Notes: generated from the sequence alone by a model not told the origin. A stretch of 64,000 nucleotides of DNA from Spirochaetia bacterium (GCA_965198005.1 CBDAOI010000004.1:2240001-2304000), one strand, 5' to 3'; positions 10,501 through 20,660 are shown, numbered from the stretch's first letter. Made by a program: numbers and translations.

Positions 10501-10645
10501 CTATTCGGTCGACGTTGGCCGAGTGGTTGTAGCCAAACGACGAGCCGGATATCGCACATAAGTGCGACCGCTGGACCGTTGCCGGGCTCTAACGTCCTCG
10601 AGAATGGCTTTGACGTCGTAGCCGAACCGGGCAGCCTCGCGCGCG
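10501..10645 (-). pseudogene. 3' fragment of a small antitoxin-like protein
   Basis: AARFGYDVKAILEDVRARQRSSGRTYVRYPARR resembles small proteins usually paired with PIN toxins; no own start. Confidence 0.45.
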
Positions 10646-10728
10646 ACGTTCCGGCCCCGTAGCGGCCCGCGTCCCTGCACGAGTTGCCGCAGGTGATCCT
10701 TCACAGGGCCCGCCCGCTGCGCGTCCAG

Positions 10729-11142
10729 CGGCCTGATGGCGATCGTCATCGGGCTGGTGATCGCCGTGCCGGTCGGTATCTACTCGGCGATCCGCCAGAC
10801 ACGGCCGCCGACTACGTGGGGCGGTCGCTGGCCATCCTCGGCCTGGCCACGCCCAACTTCTGGCTGGCCACCATGGTGATCGTGTTTCCGGCAATCTGGT
10901 GGCGCTGGTCGCCGCCGCTGGTGCTGGTCTCCTTCGCTGACGACCCGCTAGGGAGCCTGGCTGGATTTGCCATTCCCAGCCTGATCCTGGGGACCTATCT
11001 GTCCGCGGCCACCATGCGGGTGACGCGCACCATGATGCTGGAGGTGCTCAGCCAGGACTACATCAGGACCGCGTGGTCCAAGGGGCTGCTGGAGCGATCG
11101 GTGATCCTGCGCCACGCCGTCAAGAACGCGCTCATCCCGGTG
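10729..11142 (+). pseudogene. Internal fragment of dppB-like B1
   Basis: Copy of ~8884-9296 with mostly synonymous changes. Confidence 0.92.
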
Positions 11143-11200
11143 GATTTCTTCGACTCAGCTGGACTGGCTTGGTTCCAACGTCTACCATACACGCGGGGAG

Positions 11201-11512
11201 TTGTTGGAGGCGATCCGGCAGAAGATCAAAGCCCGTCAATACGAGTATTCCAAACACGCGGTTGGTCAGAGCATCATCCGTCACATCGGTGTGCCGGATC
11301 TTGAGCATGCACTCTTGAGCCGAAGCGAGGTTGTCGAGGACTATCCAGCTGACAAGTACGGAGCCAGTTGTCTCATCTTGGGATTCACGAACACCGGTCG
11401 ACCGTTGCACGTTCAGTGCAGCCATCCGTCCAGGTCGCTGATCAAGATAATAACCGTGTATGAGCCCAGCGCCGAGCATTGGCTCGACTACCGGTTGCGG
11501 CGAGACCCATAA
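11201..11512 (+). CDS. DUF4258 domain putative toxin
   Basis: SKHA...EDYP.DKYG.SCLILG...RPLHV...IITVYEP pattern. Confidence 0.85.
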   Translation: MLEAIRQKIKARQYEYSKHAVGQSIIRHIGVPDLEHALLSRSEVVEDYPADKYGASCLILGFTNTGRPLHVQCSHPSRSLIKIITVYEPSAEHWLDYRLRRDP

Positions 11513-11526
11513 GCGGGGTGAACCAT

Positions 11527-11736
11527 ATGAAAGAAACCATGATCGAAACCGAGGTGACATACACTCTGGAATACGAAGGGAAGCTATATGTCGTCGAGCA
11601 CGTACCTGCGCGAGTCTCAATGGAAACAGGCGAGCAATACTTCTCTCCAGAGACGGTCGAGCATCTTCAGTCTATCGTCAGGAGTGGAAGAAAACCTGAC
11701 AAGACCATTGAAACGGCAATGTACGAGTACGTCTGA
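11527..11736 (+). CDS. YgiT-type zinc finger / MqsA-like antitoxin
   Basis: VEHVPARV..ETGEQYFSPETV; directly follows DUF4258. Confidence 0.8.
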   Translation: MKETMIETEVTYTLEYEGKLYVVEHVPARVSMETGEQYFSPETVEHLQSIVRSGRKPDKTIETAMYEYV

Positions 11737-11789
11737 GCCCGCCGTCACCGCGGAGGCTCCAGGAGTCCAGGTGGCGGCAACAGATCCGG

Positions 11790-12731
11790 TCAGCGCGGGA
11801 GCGACAGGCGCGGCATTACCTCCTGCGCGAACAGCTCGATGCCCTCGGTGCTCGGGAAGTCGATGGCGCGCACGATGACGTACTGGACGCCCGCATCAAT
11901 GTAGGCCTGCACCCGTTCGGCGACCTGCTTCGGGGTGCCGACGATCGGATCACTCTTGTGGGGCGAGGCCTCGGCGATGCGCCGCGCCTGCTTCTCGGTG
12001 GCGGCCACGGCCAGTGCCTCCGCCGCCCAGGTCTTGACGATCTGGTGGTAGTCGCGGCCGACCGCGTCACAGTGGCGGCGCAGCACCTCGAGCTTGTGGG
12101 CGTAAGATGCGGGCGTGCCCGCGGTGACGTTCCACCAGTCGGCGTACTTGGCCACCACCCGCAGGGTAAGCTGTTCACCGCCACCGCCGATCAGCAGTGG
12201 CGGTGCGGGGTCCGGCCGCGGCTCGCAGTAGGCGTCGGTGACCCGGTAGTAGGTGCCGTGGAAGGTGGCGGGCGCTTCGGTCCAGAGCTTTCTGACGATC
12301 TGCACGGCCTCCTCCAACTGGGCGATACGCACGGCCGGCTTCGGGAACGCGTAGTCGTAGGCGTGGTACTCGCGCTCGACCCAGCCGGCACCGATGCCGA
12401 ACACGTAGCGGCCGCCGGTCAGCAACTGCAGGTTGGCCGCCGTCTTCGCCAGCACGGCTGGGGTGCGGTAGCTCTGACAGAACACGAACGATCCGAAGGT
12501 GAGGTCCCGATAGACGGTGGCGAAGTGGGCTATGGTGCTGACGCACTCGAGGAACGGCGTGTCCGCAGGCTGCCAACTGGCCCACGGCCACAGGTGGTCG
12601 TCGACCCAGACCGATTCGAAGTGCGGATACAGCCGGTCCAGGGAGGCGCGAACCTGCTCCACGAACAGCCGCCCGCTGCTGCCGTCGACCGGGAACGAGG
12701 GCATATGCCAGCCGAATCTCAACGTGCCCAT
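11790..12731 (-). CDS. LLM-class flavin/F420-dependent oxidoreductase
   Basis: SVWVDDH, GIGAGW..EY, IGGGGEQLTLR. Confidence 0.9.
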   Translation of the reverse strand: MGTLRFGWHMPSFPVDGSSGRLFVEQVRASLDRLYPHFESVWVDDHLWPWASWQPADTPFLECVSTIAHFATVYRDLTFGSFVFCQSYRTPAVLAKTAANLQLLTGGRYVFGIGAGWVEREYHAYDYAFPKPAVRIAQLEEAVQIVRKLWTEAPATFHGTYYRVTDAYCEPRPDPAPPLLIGGGGEQLTLRVVAKYADWWNVTAGTPASYAHKLEVLRRHCDAVGRDYHQIVKTWAAEALAVAATEKQARRIAEASPHKSDPIVGTPKQVAERVQAYIDAGVQYVIVRAIDFPSTEGIELFAQEVMPRLSLPR

Positions 12732-12838
12732 GGCCGATTATCCCCAGCGCCCGGACGCTGATCAAGCACCCTGGCTGATATCGAGAACGGGAAAGACCAG
12801 GTTTCATCGGGGAGTCGTCGCGCTACAGCCGCAGCCGA

Positions 12839-12994
12839 ATGCCGAAGACCACGGAAACGGTCCTTGCGGAGGCGCTTCGCCTGGATCTGAAGGGACGGGC
12901 CCAGCTTGTCGGGGAACTCCTCGCAAGTCTTGACGGCCCAGCAGATCCGGATGTTGCTTCTGCCTGGTCCGCGGAGATAAAGCGGCGCGTCGCA
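12839..12994 (+). pseudogene. Addiction-module antitoxin (TIGR02574-like), 3'-truncated
   Basis: EALRL...RAQL...LLASLD...AWSAEIKRR, then fused to a 2OG-oxygenase fragment. Confidence 0.7.
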
Positions 12995-13280
12995 GGGCGG
13001 GTTCTTCGCTCCGCACCGGAATACCGAGAAGGTGGACGGCATGGTCGCCACGCTGGTGGTGTCGCTGCCGGTGGCGGGCGCCGGCGGTGAACTGGTAATC
13101 CGTCACGGCGAACGCGAGGCCGTCGTCGACCTGTGCACCAGCGGGTGGATCACGCGCTGTACGCGGCCATCCTCAGCACTTACGAGTGGGGCACCGTGGA
13201 CGAATCGGGCGACTTTCCCGATTGGGACGATCCCGAGGACTACGACTGGGACGACGAAGATTGGGACGACGAGCAGATCG
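12995..13280 (+). pseudogene. Two joined fragments of the 2OG-Fe(II) oxygenase gene
   Basis: Copies of ~1841-1987 and ~2307-2447 joined at 'ca'. Confidence 0.92.
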
Positions 13281-13307
13281 CGCGCAGGGCGTCACTTGAC
13301 CCGTCGC

Positions 13308-14055
13308 TTACGTTGCGGCGCGCCGGCTGCCCACTGCGCTCAGGTTGAGCACCTGCATCGCCTCGTCTCCCATCGCCAGCGCGTAGATTCCGCGCCGTGT
13401 CAGATAGGTCACCAATATCCGCCGGAATACTCAGTGACGAGAACGCCGGCACGATCGGCAGCTCCCGGTACTGCGGAAAGTACAGTGCGAACTCGTCGGT
13501 GCGCAGAAACTCGGCGAACTCTCGCGCGTCACTGGTGCGGGGTGAGGACTTGGTCTCGTTGAGCAGCACAGCCCGGGTGCCCACGTAGAGAGCGTCGAAC
13601 TCGCGCTCACGGGAGGAATCATCGCTGCGTTTGAGGGATACACGGGTGCCGAAGTACTGCATGTCGCCACAGTTGAATACCTCACGGGCCAAGCGGCGGA
13701 CACTGGGTGCGACGATGTCCTCGACGACGGTACCCATCTTGTTGGCCAACTCGCCCCAGCGCTTGTTCATCTCCCGTCGTTCGCGGGCTGCTGCCTCGCG
13801 GTCGCGCTCTGCTGCCTCGCGGTTGCGGGCTGCTGCCTCGCGGTTGCGGGCTGCTGCCTCGCGGTCGCGCTCTGCTGCCTCGCGGTCGCGGGCGCCCTCC
13901 TGCTCCATGCGCTCGATGATGCGCTCGAGGTGCCGGATAGAGCCATCGGTCCGCGCCATCCATTGTTCGGTACGCGCCATGAAGCTGGCCAGGATGGTCT
14001 CCAGACGGTCGGTTTTCTCCTCGACGTCCTGTGTCCGTTGTGCGAGTGTGGCCAC
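13308..14055 (-). CDS. Coiled-coil protein with C-terminal PD-(D/E)xK-like (DUF3782-like) domain; 1-bp frameshift near 13414
   Basis: WGELANKMGTVVEDIVAP...EFD...NETK; removing one base gives MVTYLTRRGIYALAMG...TAA; promoter TTGCAA-17-TATCGT upstream. Confidence 0.7.
13785..13889 (-). repeat. Five 21-bp tandem repeats encoding heptads (REAAARN/REAAERD)
   Basis: Units of type gggctgctgcctcgcggttgc. Confidence 0.92.
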
Positions 14056-14197
14056 GGTGCTCGTTCCCTTGTCTGCCGTACGATAGTCCCCGCGCCGCCG
14101 AATTGCAAGCTCGCACCTTCAGGCTCCTAGTGATCGGACGGGATGGGCCAAAAGCGACGCCCCGGGCGGCGGTTTTGGGGCGCTAGCGCCATGCCCG

Positions 14198-15043
14198 TCA
14201 GGATGACGAGCTGGGTGGGTTGTTCTCCTGGACGATATTCTGAGCCCGGGCCATAACCGCTTCTCCGACATCCTGACCCGTTTCCCGGAAGCCCTGGACG
14301 CCGATGTACAGTTGGTCGCGCGCCAGGCCGTCGAACAGGATCTGGGCCAACTGGTCGGTCGTGATTCCTGCGGTCAGCCACCCGCGCCAAGTCTCCCGGT
14401 GCTCGTCAGTCACCTCGGTCGTTTCCCCTTTGAAACGCTCGGGACGTGATTGATCCACGCGGTAAAACTCGGTCGCCACCCAACCCGGGCAGAGCACCGA
14501 CACCTTGACGTGGGGCGCCGACTCGGCCAAATCTTGATAGAGCGACTCGGTCAGGACCAACACGGCATGTTTCGAGACCCCATACGACCCGCCCCCCGGG
14601 AGCACGCCGGAAAGGGATGAGACATTCACCACATGGCTGGGCTGCTTCCGCTTGATCATGCCGGGGACGAATGCACGCAGGCAATAGAGCACTCCGTAGA
14701 AGTTGACCCCCATTACCCAATTCCAGTCGTCCAGTGTGATCTCCAGTGACTTGCCCGGCTGCGCGACCCCGGCGTTGTTCACCAGCAGGTCGACCTGCCC
14801 AAAGGCTTCGATCGTGGCTGCCGCCAGATTCTCCACCTGTTCCGCCTGGGAAACATCCGTCTGGACGATCAGCGTCTCGGCCCCCAGCGCCTCCAGGTCG
14901 GCGGCGGTCTTGGTGAGCGATTCCATCCCGAATCCGGCCAGAACGACCTTCATCCCCTCCTTGGCACAGCGGAGGGCGATCCCGCGGCCGATGCCGCGCC
15001 CTGCACCGGTGATCACCGCGACCTTGTCTCGATAGTCTTTCAT
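14198..15043 (-). CDS. Short-chain dehydrogenase/reductase
   Basis: TGAGRGIG, NNAG, YGVSK. Confidence 0.93.
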   Translation of the reverse strand: MKDYRDKVAVITGAGRGIGRGIALRCAKEGMKVVLAGFGMESLTKTAADLEALGAETLIVQTDVSQAEQVENLAAATIEAFGQVDLLVNNAGVAQPGKSLEITLDDWNWVMGVNFYGVLYCLRAFVPGMIKRKQPSHVVNVSSLSGVLPGGGSYGVSKHAVLVLTESLYQDLAESAPHVKVSVLCPGWVATEFYRVDQSRPERFKGETTEVTDEHRETWRGWLTAGITTDQLAQILFDGLARDQLYIGVQGFRETGQDVGEAVMARAQNIVQENNPPSSSS

Positions 15044-15188
15044 AGCGCCGCCAGGGTGCCCGCATCCCAGTTGTGGGTCAACCCACAGAATTGAGCGCGA
15101 TGCGCGTGGGGCGGGTGGGGCGCGTCGGGCGGGTCGGGCGGAAGCCCATCACGATCAAGATCGCCCAATGGTTTACACTCATGGGCCC

Positions 15189-16604
15189 ATGAGCGAAGAC
15201 CTTCACTTCAGCACCATCGTCGAGATCGCACCACTCATCAGGTCGCAACGGCTGTCGCCGGTCGAGCTGACCAGGAGTGTGCTTGGCCGCGTCGACCGGC
15301 TCGATGGCGGTCTGCACAGCTACGCGACGGTAATGGAGGAGCAGGCGCTGGCAGCCGCAGCACGAGCCGAGGTGGAGATCGCTTCCGGCAGCTATCGCGG
15401 ACCACTGCACGGGGTCCCGGTTGCGGTAAAGGACCTGTGCTTCACCAGGGGGGTGCGCACGATGGGCGGCGCGCAGGTGCTGGCCGATCACGTACCGGAG
15501 TTCGATGCCACCGTGGTCACGCGGCTGACAGCGGCCGGTGCGGTGCTGCTGGGCAAGCTCAACCTCACCGAAGGCGCCATGGGCGGTTACCACCCGGAGT
15601 TCCCGATCCCCCGGAACCCCTGGGATTCCGGGCGGTGGGCGGGGGCATCCTCCAGCGGCTCCGGCGTGGCGACCGCGGCCGGGCTGTGCTTCGGCTCCCT
15701 CGGCAGCGATACGGGCGGCTCGATTCGCTTCCCGGCCGCGTGCAACGGGACGGTGGGTCTCAAGCCCACCTGGGGCCGCGTGAGCCGCTACGGCGTGCTG
15801 GCCCTGGCCGAGTCGCTGGACCACGTCGGCCCCCTGACCCGAAGCAGCGCCGATGCCGGCATCATGCTGCAGGCGATCGCGGGACCGGACCCCAACGATC
15901 CCACCGCGCTACCCGCTCCGGTGCCGGATATGCTCGAACGGCCTGATCGGAGTATCGAGCGGATCGAGGGTGTCCGCATCGGCTTCGACGAGCGCTACGC
16001 GGTGCGGGACGTCGATCCGCAGGTTTCCGCGGCGGTGGTAAACGCGGTCGAGGTGCTCGACGGGCTCGGAGCCGAAGTCGTCGAAGTGCGGCTCCCCGAG
16101 GTCGATGAGTACGTCGCCGCGTGGGCCGTGTTGTGCACGGCCGAGGCGGTGGCCGCTCACTGCGCTACCTACCCGGCGCGCCGGGACGAGTATGGCCCCT
16201 GGTTCCGCGGCTGGCTGGATCTGGGGGCGCAGGTGAGCGGCGCCGAGTACGCCAGAGCGAACAACGCACGGGCCGCCTGTACGGGGCACCTGCGACGGGC
16301 ATTCGAGCAGATCGATGCCCTTGCCTGCCCCGCTATGCCGGACCTCCCATTCCCGGTCACATCGGAAGCGCAGCGTTCCTCGTCACCGGTCGTCGACGAG
16401 ACATCCTATCGGTTGCAGCGGTTCACAGTGCCGTTCGATTACAACGGCGCGCCGACGCTCACCCTGCCTTGCGGAAGAAGCAGCGAGGGATTGCCCCTGT
16501 CGCTGCAACTGGCAGGCAAATCGCTCGGCGAACCGTTACTGTGCCGGCTTGGCGCCGCCTACGAAGCGGCCACCGAGTGGCACAACCTGCACCCGGACCT
16601 CTGA
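15189..16604 (+). CDS. Amidase signature family protein
   Basis: GVPVAVKD, GASSSGS, GSDTGGSIRFPA. Confidence 0.93.
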   Translation: MSEDLHFSTIVEIAPLIRSQRLSPVELTRSVLGRVDRLDGGLHSYATVMEEQALAAAARAEVEIASGSYRGPLHGVPVAVKDLCFTRGVRTMGGAQVLADHVPEFDATVVTRLTAAGAVLLGKLNLTEGAMGGYHPEFPIPRNPWDSGRWAGASSSGSGVATAAGLCFGSLGSDTGGSIRFPAACNGTVGLKPTWGRVSRYGVLALAESLDHVGPLTRSSADAGIMLQAIAGPDPNDPTALPAPVPDMLERPDRSIERIEGVRIGFDERYAVRDVDPQVSAAVVNAVEVLDGLGAEVVEVRLPEVDEYVAAWAVLCTAEAVAAHCATYPARRDEYGPWFRGWLDLGAQVSGAEYARANNARAACTGHLRRAFEQIDALACPAMPDLPFPVTSEAQRSSSPVVDETSYRLQRFTVPFDYNGAPTLTLPCGRSSEGLPLSLQLAGKSLGEPLLCRLGAAYEAATEWHNLHPDL

Positions 16605-16619
16605 GTGCCCGCTGGCAGG

Positions 16620-16953
16620 GCCTCCTTCTCTCTCAAAAAACTTAGTTCTACGCGTTGGAAGATCAAATAAGACCAGCGCTGGCAGCAAGCTGGGAAAACC
16701 CTGATCCCAACACGTATATCTTCCACATCCGCCAGGGTGTTCACTGGCACCAGAAGGCCCCAATGAATGGCCGGGAATTAACGGCCGAAGATGTCGTCTT
16801 CAATTATCACCGGTTGACGGAGATGGGCAGTGGCTTCAGCAAACCCGAGGGCATAGGCAGTACAATCGTGTCACTGGAATTCGAATCGATCTCAGCGAGC
16901 GACGAGTATACGGAAGTCGTCAAGTTGACAAAACCCCGCATTGATGCGCTCTG
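16620..16953 (+). pseudogene. Fragment of a further family-5 SBP paralogue not intact in this window
   Basis: LAASWENPDP..YIFHIRQGVHWH..APMNGRELTAEDV; visibly lower GC. Confidence 0.85.
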
Positions 16954-17433
16954 ACGATCATGTCGCTGGTCGGACAGGGCCTGCTGCAGCTCATCCTGGT
17001 GCTGGGCGTCACGGGCGGCGTGGTGGCCTCGCGGCTGGTCCGAGGCGCGGTAATCGCGGTCAAGGAGAACGACTATCTGCAGGCGGCCACGGTCCTGGGT
17101 TCACGAAGGCGCCATGGGCGGTTACCACCCGGAGTTCCCGATCCCCCGGTGGGGAGCCTGGTTGCCCTGCAGGTGCCGATCCTGGTGGGCGGCTCGGTCA
17201 TCATCGAGAACATCTTCAACTTGCCGAGGCATCCTTGAGCTTCCTGGGGTTCGGGCTGCCGACCACGGTGCCGAGCTGGGGCGGCATGCCCAGCCGCGAG
17301 GGGCGCCAGTACATGGAGATCGCGCCGCGGCTGGCGGTGTGGCCGGGCCTGTGCCTGACGGTGGTGGTGTACTGCCTGAACATGGTCGGCGACGCGGTGC
17401 GCGACCTGCTCGACCCGCGCCTGCGCGGCGGCC
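16951..17433 (+). pseudogene. Patchwork of dppC (C2-type), amidase, dppB1 and dppC1 fragments
   Basis: 16951-17092~25185-25326; 17104-17149=15569-15614; 17145-17226~9290-9371; 17226-17433~10170-10377. Confidence 0.92.
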
Positions 17434-17510
17434 GCAACTTAATTGCGGATAAATGGAATCTTTCCGCAGAAGAGTTGCGATATTCCGAAGGAGAGCATAA
17501 GCTCGGGAAC

Positions 17511-18674
17511 ATGACCGTACCGACCGTACCTCGTCGTCTTGATTTGGCTCACGACCTTCGCTCGCGGTCCGTGTTTCTATTCGGCCCGCGGCAAACTGGA
17601 AAAACTACCTATCTGAGCGCGCTGTTTCCGCGCGCTCCGGTCTTCAATTTGCTCCGAGGCGAGGTATTCCTCCGGCTTTCACGCGACCCTGGGCGGTTAC
17701 GGCAGGAGTTGGCCACCGTCGCTCGTTCCTCGGACCCGGTGATCATCGACGAGATTCAGAAGCTGCCCAGCCTGCTCGATGAGGTGCACGATCTTATCGA
17801 ATCTCGCGGACTGCGGTTCGTACTCGCAGCCAGCAGCCCCGCCAAGCTGCGCCGTGGTGGGGTCAACCTGCTTGGCGGCCGCGCCCGGACCCGCCGCCTG
17901 TTCCCATTCGTTTCGGCTGAAGTCCCGCACTGGGACCTGATGCGGGCCATCAATATCGGCGGTATCCCTTCCATCTACTTTTCCGACGACCCGATCGAGG
18001 ATCTGCGTGCCTACTGCGGCAGCTATCTGCAACTGGAAATCCAGGCAGAGGGATTGGTGCGCCGTGTGGAGCGGTTCTCGCGCTTTCTGGCCGCCGCTGC
18101 GCTCGCCTGCGGTCAGCAGGTGGTGTTCGAGCGGCTGGCCTCCGATGCCGCCGTGCCTGCGCGTACGGTCCGCGAGTACTTCCAGGTGCTGGAAGACACG
18201 CTGCTGGGGGAGCTGGTGCAGCCGTTCACACCGCAACGAGCGAGCCGCAAGCCGGTGTCTCACGCCAAGTTTTATCTGTTCGACGTCGGGGTCGCTAACG
18301 TCCTGGCCGGGATAACTCAAATCGAGGCGGGCAGCGCGGCATTCGGGCGCGCCCTCGAGAACCTCATCTTCTGTGAGCTGCGCTCCCGGCTCGGATATGG
18401 TCGTGACGCCCGGCCGCTGACGTTTTGGCGCACGACCGACGGCTCGGAGGTTGACTTCGTCGTCGGTGACAGCTTGGCGATCGAGGTGAAAGCCAGCGCC
18501 GCCGTCGCATCGCGCGATCTGACCGGACTCCGACGGCTGGCCGAGGAAGTGCCGTTGCGCAGGTGCATCGTGGTGTGTAGCGAGTCAGCACCCCGGCTCA
18601 TCGATGGCATCGAAGTGCTCCCGGTGAGGGAATTCCTTGCGGCCCTGTGGGATGGTGCGATTCTCGACGAGTAG
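17511..18674 (+). CDS. AAA_14 ATPase with DUF4143 C-terminal domain
   Basis: GPRQTGKT, IIDEIQK, KFYLFDVG, FWRT..EVDF..IEVK. Confidence 0.88.
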   Translation: MTVPTVPRRLDLAHDLRSRSVFLFGPRQTGKTTYLSALFPRAPVFNLLRGEVFLRLSRDPGRLRQELATVARSSDPVIIDEIQKLPSLLDEVHDLIESRGLRFVLAASSPAKLRRGGVNLLGGRARTRRLFPFVSAEVPHWDLMRAINIGGIPSIYFSDDPIEDLRAYCGSYLQLEIQAEGLVRRVERFSRFLAAAALACGQQVVFERLASDAAVPARTVREYFQVLEDTLLGELVQPFTPQRASRKPVSHAKFYLFDVGVANVLAGITQIEAGSAAFGRALENLIFCELRSRLGYGRDARPLTFWRTTDGSEVDFVVGDSLAIEVKASAAVASRDLTGLRRLAEEVPLRRCIVVCSESAPRLIDGIEVLPVREFLAALWDGAILDE

Positions 18675-18808
18675 TATACATGCGCTTGCTGAGTCGCCGC
18701 ACACTTCGATCTTGATGGCGCCTGAGCGAGATCGCGTGTGGTGTACGGGCAGTGCGTGGCGCGGGTGCGTGGCTTGACGCCGGCGGTGCGGGCACTTACC
18801 GTTGCGCC

Positions 18809-19303
18809 GTGCCGCTCCACTCACTCGACCCACTCGACCCACTCGATCCGAAGGTGACGCAATTCATCCAGGACAACCCCCAAGGGGTGCTGACCACCTA
18901 CCGTCGGAACGGCAAGGCGCAGATGAGCATCGTCACCGTCCGTCCGCACCGTGGGGTGATCGGTGTGTCGATTACCGAGAGCCGGGCGAAGTTCAACAAC
19001 CTGGTGCACAACCCGGCCTGCTCGATCCTGGTATCAACCGCCGACTGGTGGTCGGGCTTCATCGTGTTCGATGGCACCGCCGAGCTGGTCTGGTCGGGCA
19101 ACGCCGACGCGGAGACCGTACGGCTCGCCAGACGCGAGGTCTACAGCGCAACTACGCGGCGCCGGTCGGCGGATTGGGATGACTACGACCGCCTGGTGGA
19201 CGCCGATAGACGAGTGGCGCTGATTATCCGGCCCACCCACGTGTACGGGACATTCTTTAATACCAGTTGGCCCGGCAGGCGCATCGCACCCGGCGGACAG
19301 TAG
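18809..19303 (+). CDS. PPOX-class (F420-dependent-like) oxidoreductase
   Basis: GVLTTYRRNGKAQMS, RAKFNNL, DRRV..IRP; promoter TTGACG-17-TACCGT just before GTG; start uncertain. Confidence 0.8.
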   Translation: MPLHSLDPLDPLDPKVTQFIQDNPQGVLTTYRRNGKAQMSIVTVRPHRGVIGVSITESRAKFNNLVHNPACSILVSTADWWSGFIVFDGTAELVWSGNADAETVRLARREVYSATTRRRSADWDDYDRLVDADRRVALIIRPTHVYGTFFNTSWPGRRIAPGGQ

Positions 19304-19314
19304 GCGCTGGGGGA

Positions 19315-19575
19315 GTGACAATGAACGTGAATGCGGTCGGCTCACCGCCGCGTGATCGCGCTGAGTTCAAACTACGCCTTGGCACGATGGTCGCGCGCTA
19401 CCGCACCGAATGTCTCTGGGATCTGAAGGCCAGTCTGGATCTTGAGCAGGAGCAGGTCGCACGCATGGTGCTGCGACGGGTCATCTCATGCGCTGACCGC
19501 AACGGTTACATCGAAGCCCGGGGACTTCTGGAGTGGCTCTTACAGACTTCCAACGCACCGTCTGCCGGCTCCTAG
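19315..19575 (+). CDS. Putative antitoxin partner, copy 2
   Basis: Duplicate of 127-387. Confidence 0.65.
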   Translation: MTMNVNAVGSPPRDRAEFKLRLGTMVARYRTECLWDLKASLDLEQEQVARMVLRRVISCADRNGYIEARGLLEWLLQTSNAPSAGS

Positions 19576-20345
19576 CGGACCACCGCAAACGTGAGGGAGT
19601 CAGCTACATTGCCGGCGCGCTGGCTCTAAACCTGCTCCTCGAGTTGCCGCGCGTCTCCCGAGACATCGACATTTTTCACGACGCCGAGGAGGCGGTTCAC
19701 TCGTCGTTCGACGCCGACCGGCAGCATTTGCAGGCCAACGGCTGCTCGATCACCATGCTGAGGGAGCTGCCCGGCTTCGTACAGGTGGTGGTCAGCAAAG
19801 CCGGCGACGAGGTACGTATGGAATGGACCCGCGACAGCGCGTTTCGTTTCTTCCCGCTGGTGGAGCACGAAGACCTGGGCCTGACGATGCACCCGTTCGA
19901 CTTGGCAACCAACAAAGTGCTCGCGCTGGTAGGGCGGCTCGAGGTGCGCGATTGGGTCGACGTGATCAACTCCCACGCCAAGCTGCAGCCGCTGGGCTAC
20001 CTCATGTGGGCAGCTTGCGGTAAAGATCCCGGCTTCAGCCCGGGATCGCTGCTCGCGCACGCGCGCCGGACGGCACGCTACTCCGCCTTGGAAATCGCGC
20101 AGTTGCAGTTCGAAGGCGACCCGCCGGACGCCGCCGCGCTGGCCGGCAACTGGCACGCAATGCTGACCCAGGCGGGTGAGATCATAGACACGTTACCCGC
20201 CGAGCAATCTGGCACCTGCGTCCTCAATGACCGCAGAAATCTGTTCACGGGTAATCGCACCCAGCTAAAACACGCACTCGACGCAGCGGCGCTGCGATTT
20301 CATGCCGGCACTCTTGGTGGTGCACTCCCCCAGGTCGTCGAGTAA
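19533..20345 (+). CDS. AbiEii-like nucleotidyltransferase, copy 2
   Basis: Duplicate of 345-1157. Confidence 0.75.
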   Translation: MALTDFQRTVCRLLADHRKREGVSYIAGALALNLLLELPRVSRDIDIFHDAEEAVHSSFDADRQHLQANGCSITMLRELPGFVQVVVSKAGDEVRMEWTRDSAFRFFPLVEHEDLGLTMHPFDLATNKVLALVGRLEVRDWVDVINSHAKLQPLGYLMWAACGKDPGFSPGSLLAHARRTARYSALEIAQLQFEGDPPDAAALAGNWHAMLTQAGEIIDTLPAEQSGTCVLNDRRNLFTGNRTQLKHALDAAALRFHAGTLGGALPQVVE

Positions 20346-20346
20346 T

Positions 20347-20623
20347 GCCGCACACTTCGATCTTGATGGCGCCTGAGCGAGATCGCGTGTGGTGTACGGG
20401 CGGTGCGTGGCGCGGGTGCGTGGCTTGACGCCGGCGGTGCGGGCACTTACCGTTGCGCCGTGCCGCTCCACTCACTCGACCCACTCGATCCGAAGGTGAC
20501 GCAATTCATCCAGGACAACCCCCAAGGGGTGCTGACCACCTACCGTCGGAACGGCAAGGCGCAGATGAGCATCGTCACCGTCCGTCCGCACCGTGGGGTG
20601 ATCGGCGTGTCGATTGCCGAGAG
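20347..20623 (+). repeat. Direct repeat of PPOX promoter and 5' end (18696-18981)
   Basis: Near-identical, with one 9-bp unit fewer. Confidence 0.95.
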
Positions 20624-20660
20624 TCTTCCGGCTGGGCCGCAAGGCTGGTGATTGCTGGTG

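Noticed and set aside
16941-18674. 577 aa permease-ATPase fusion ORF
   Set aside because: The upstream part is patchwork that happens to be open; the ATPase has its own upstream region and ATG at 17511
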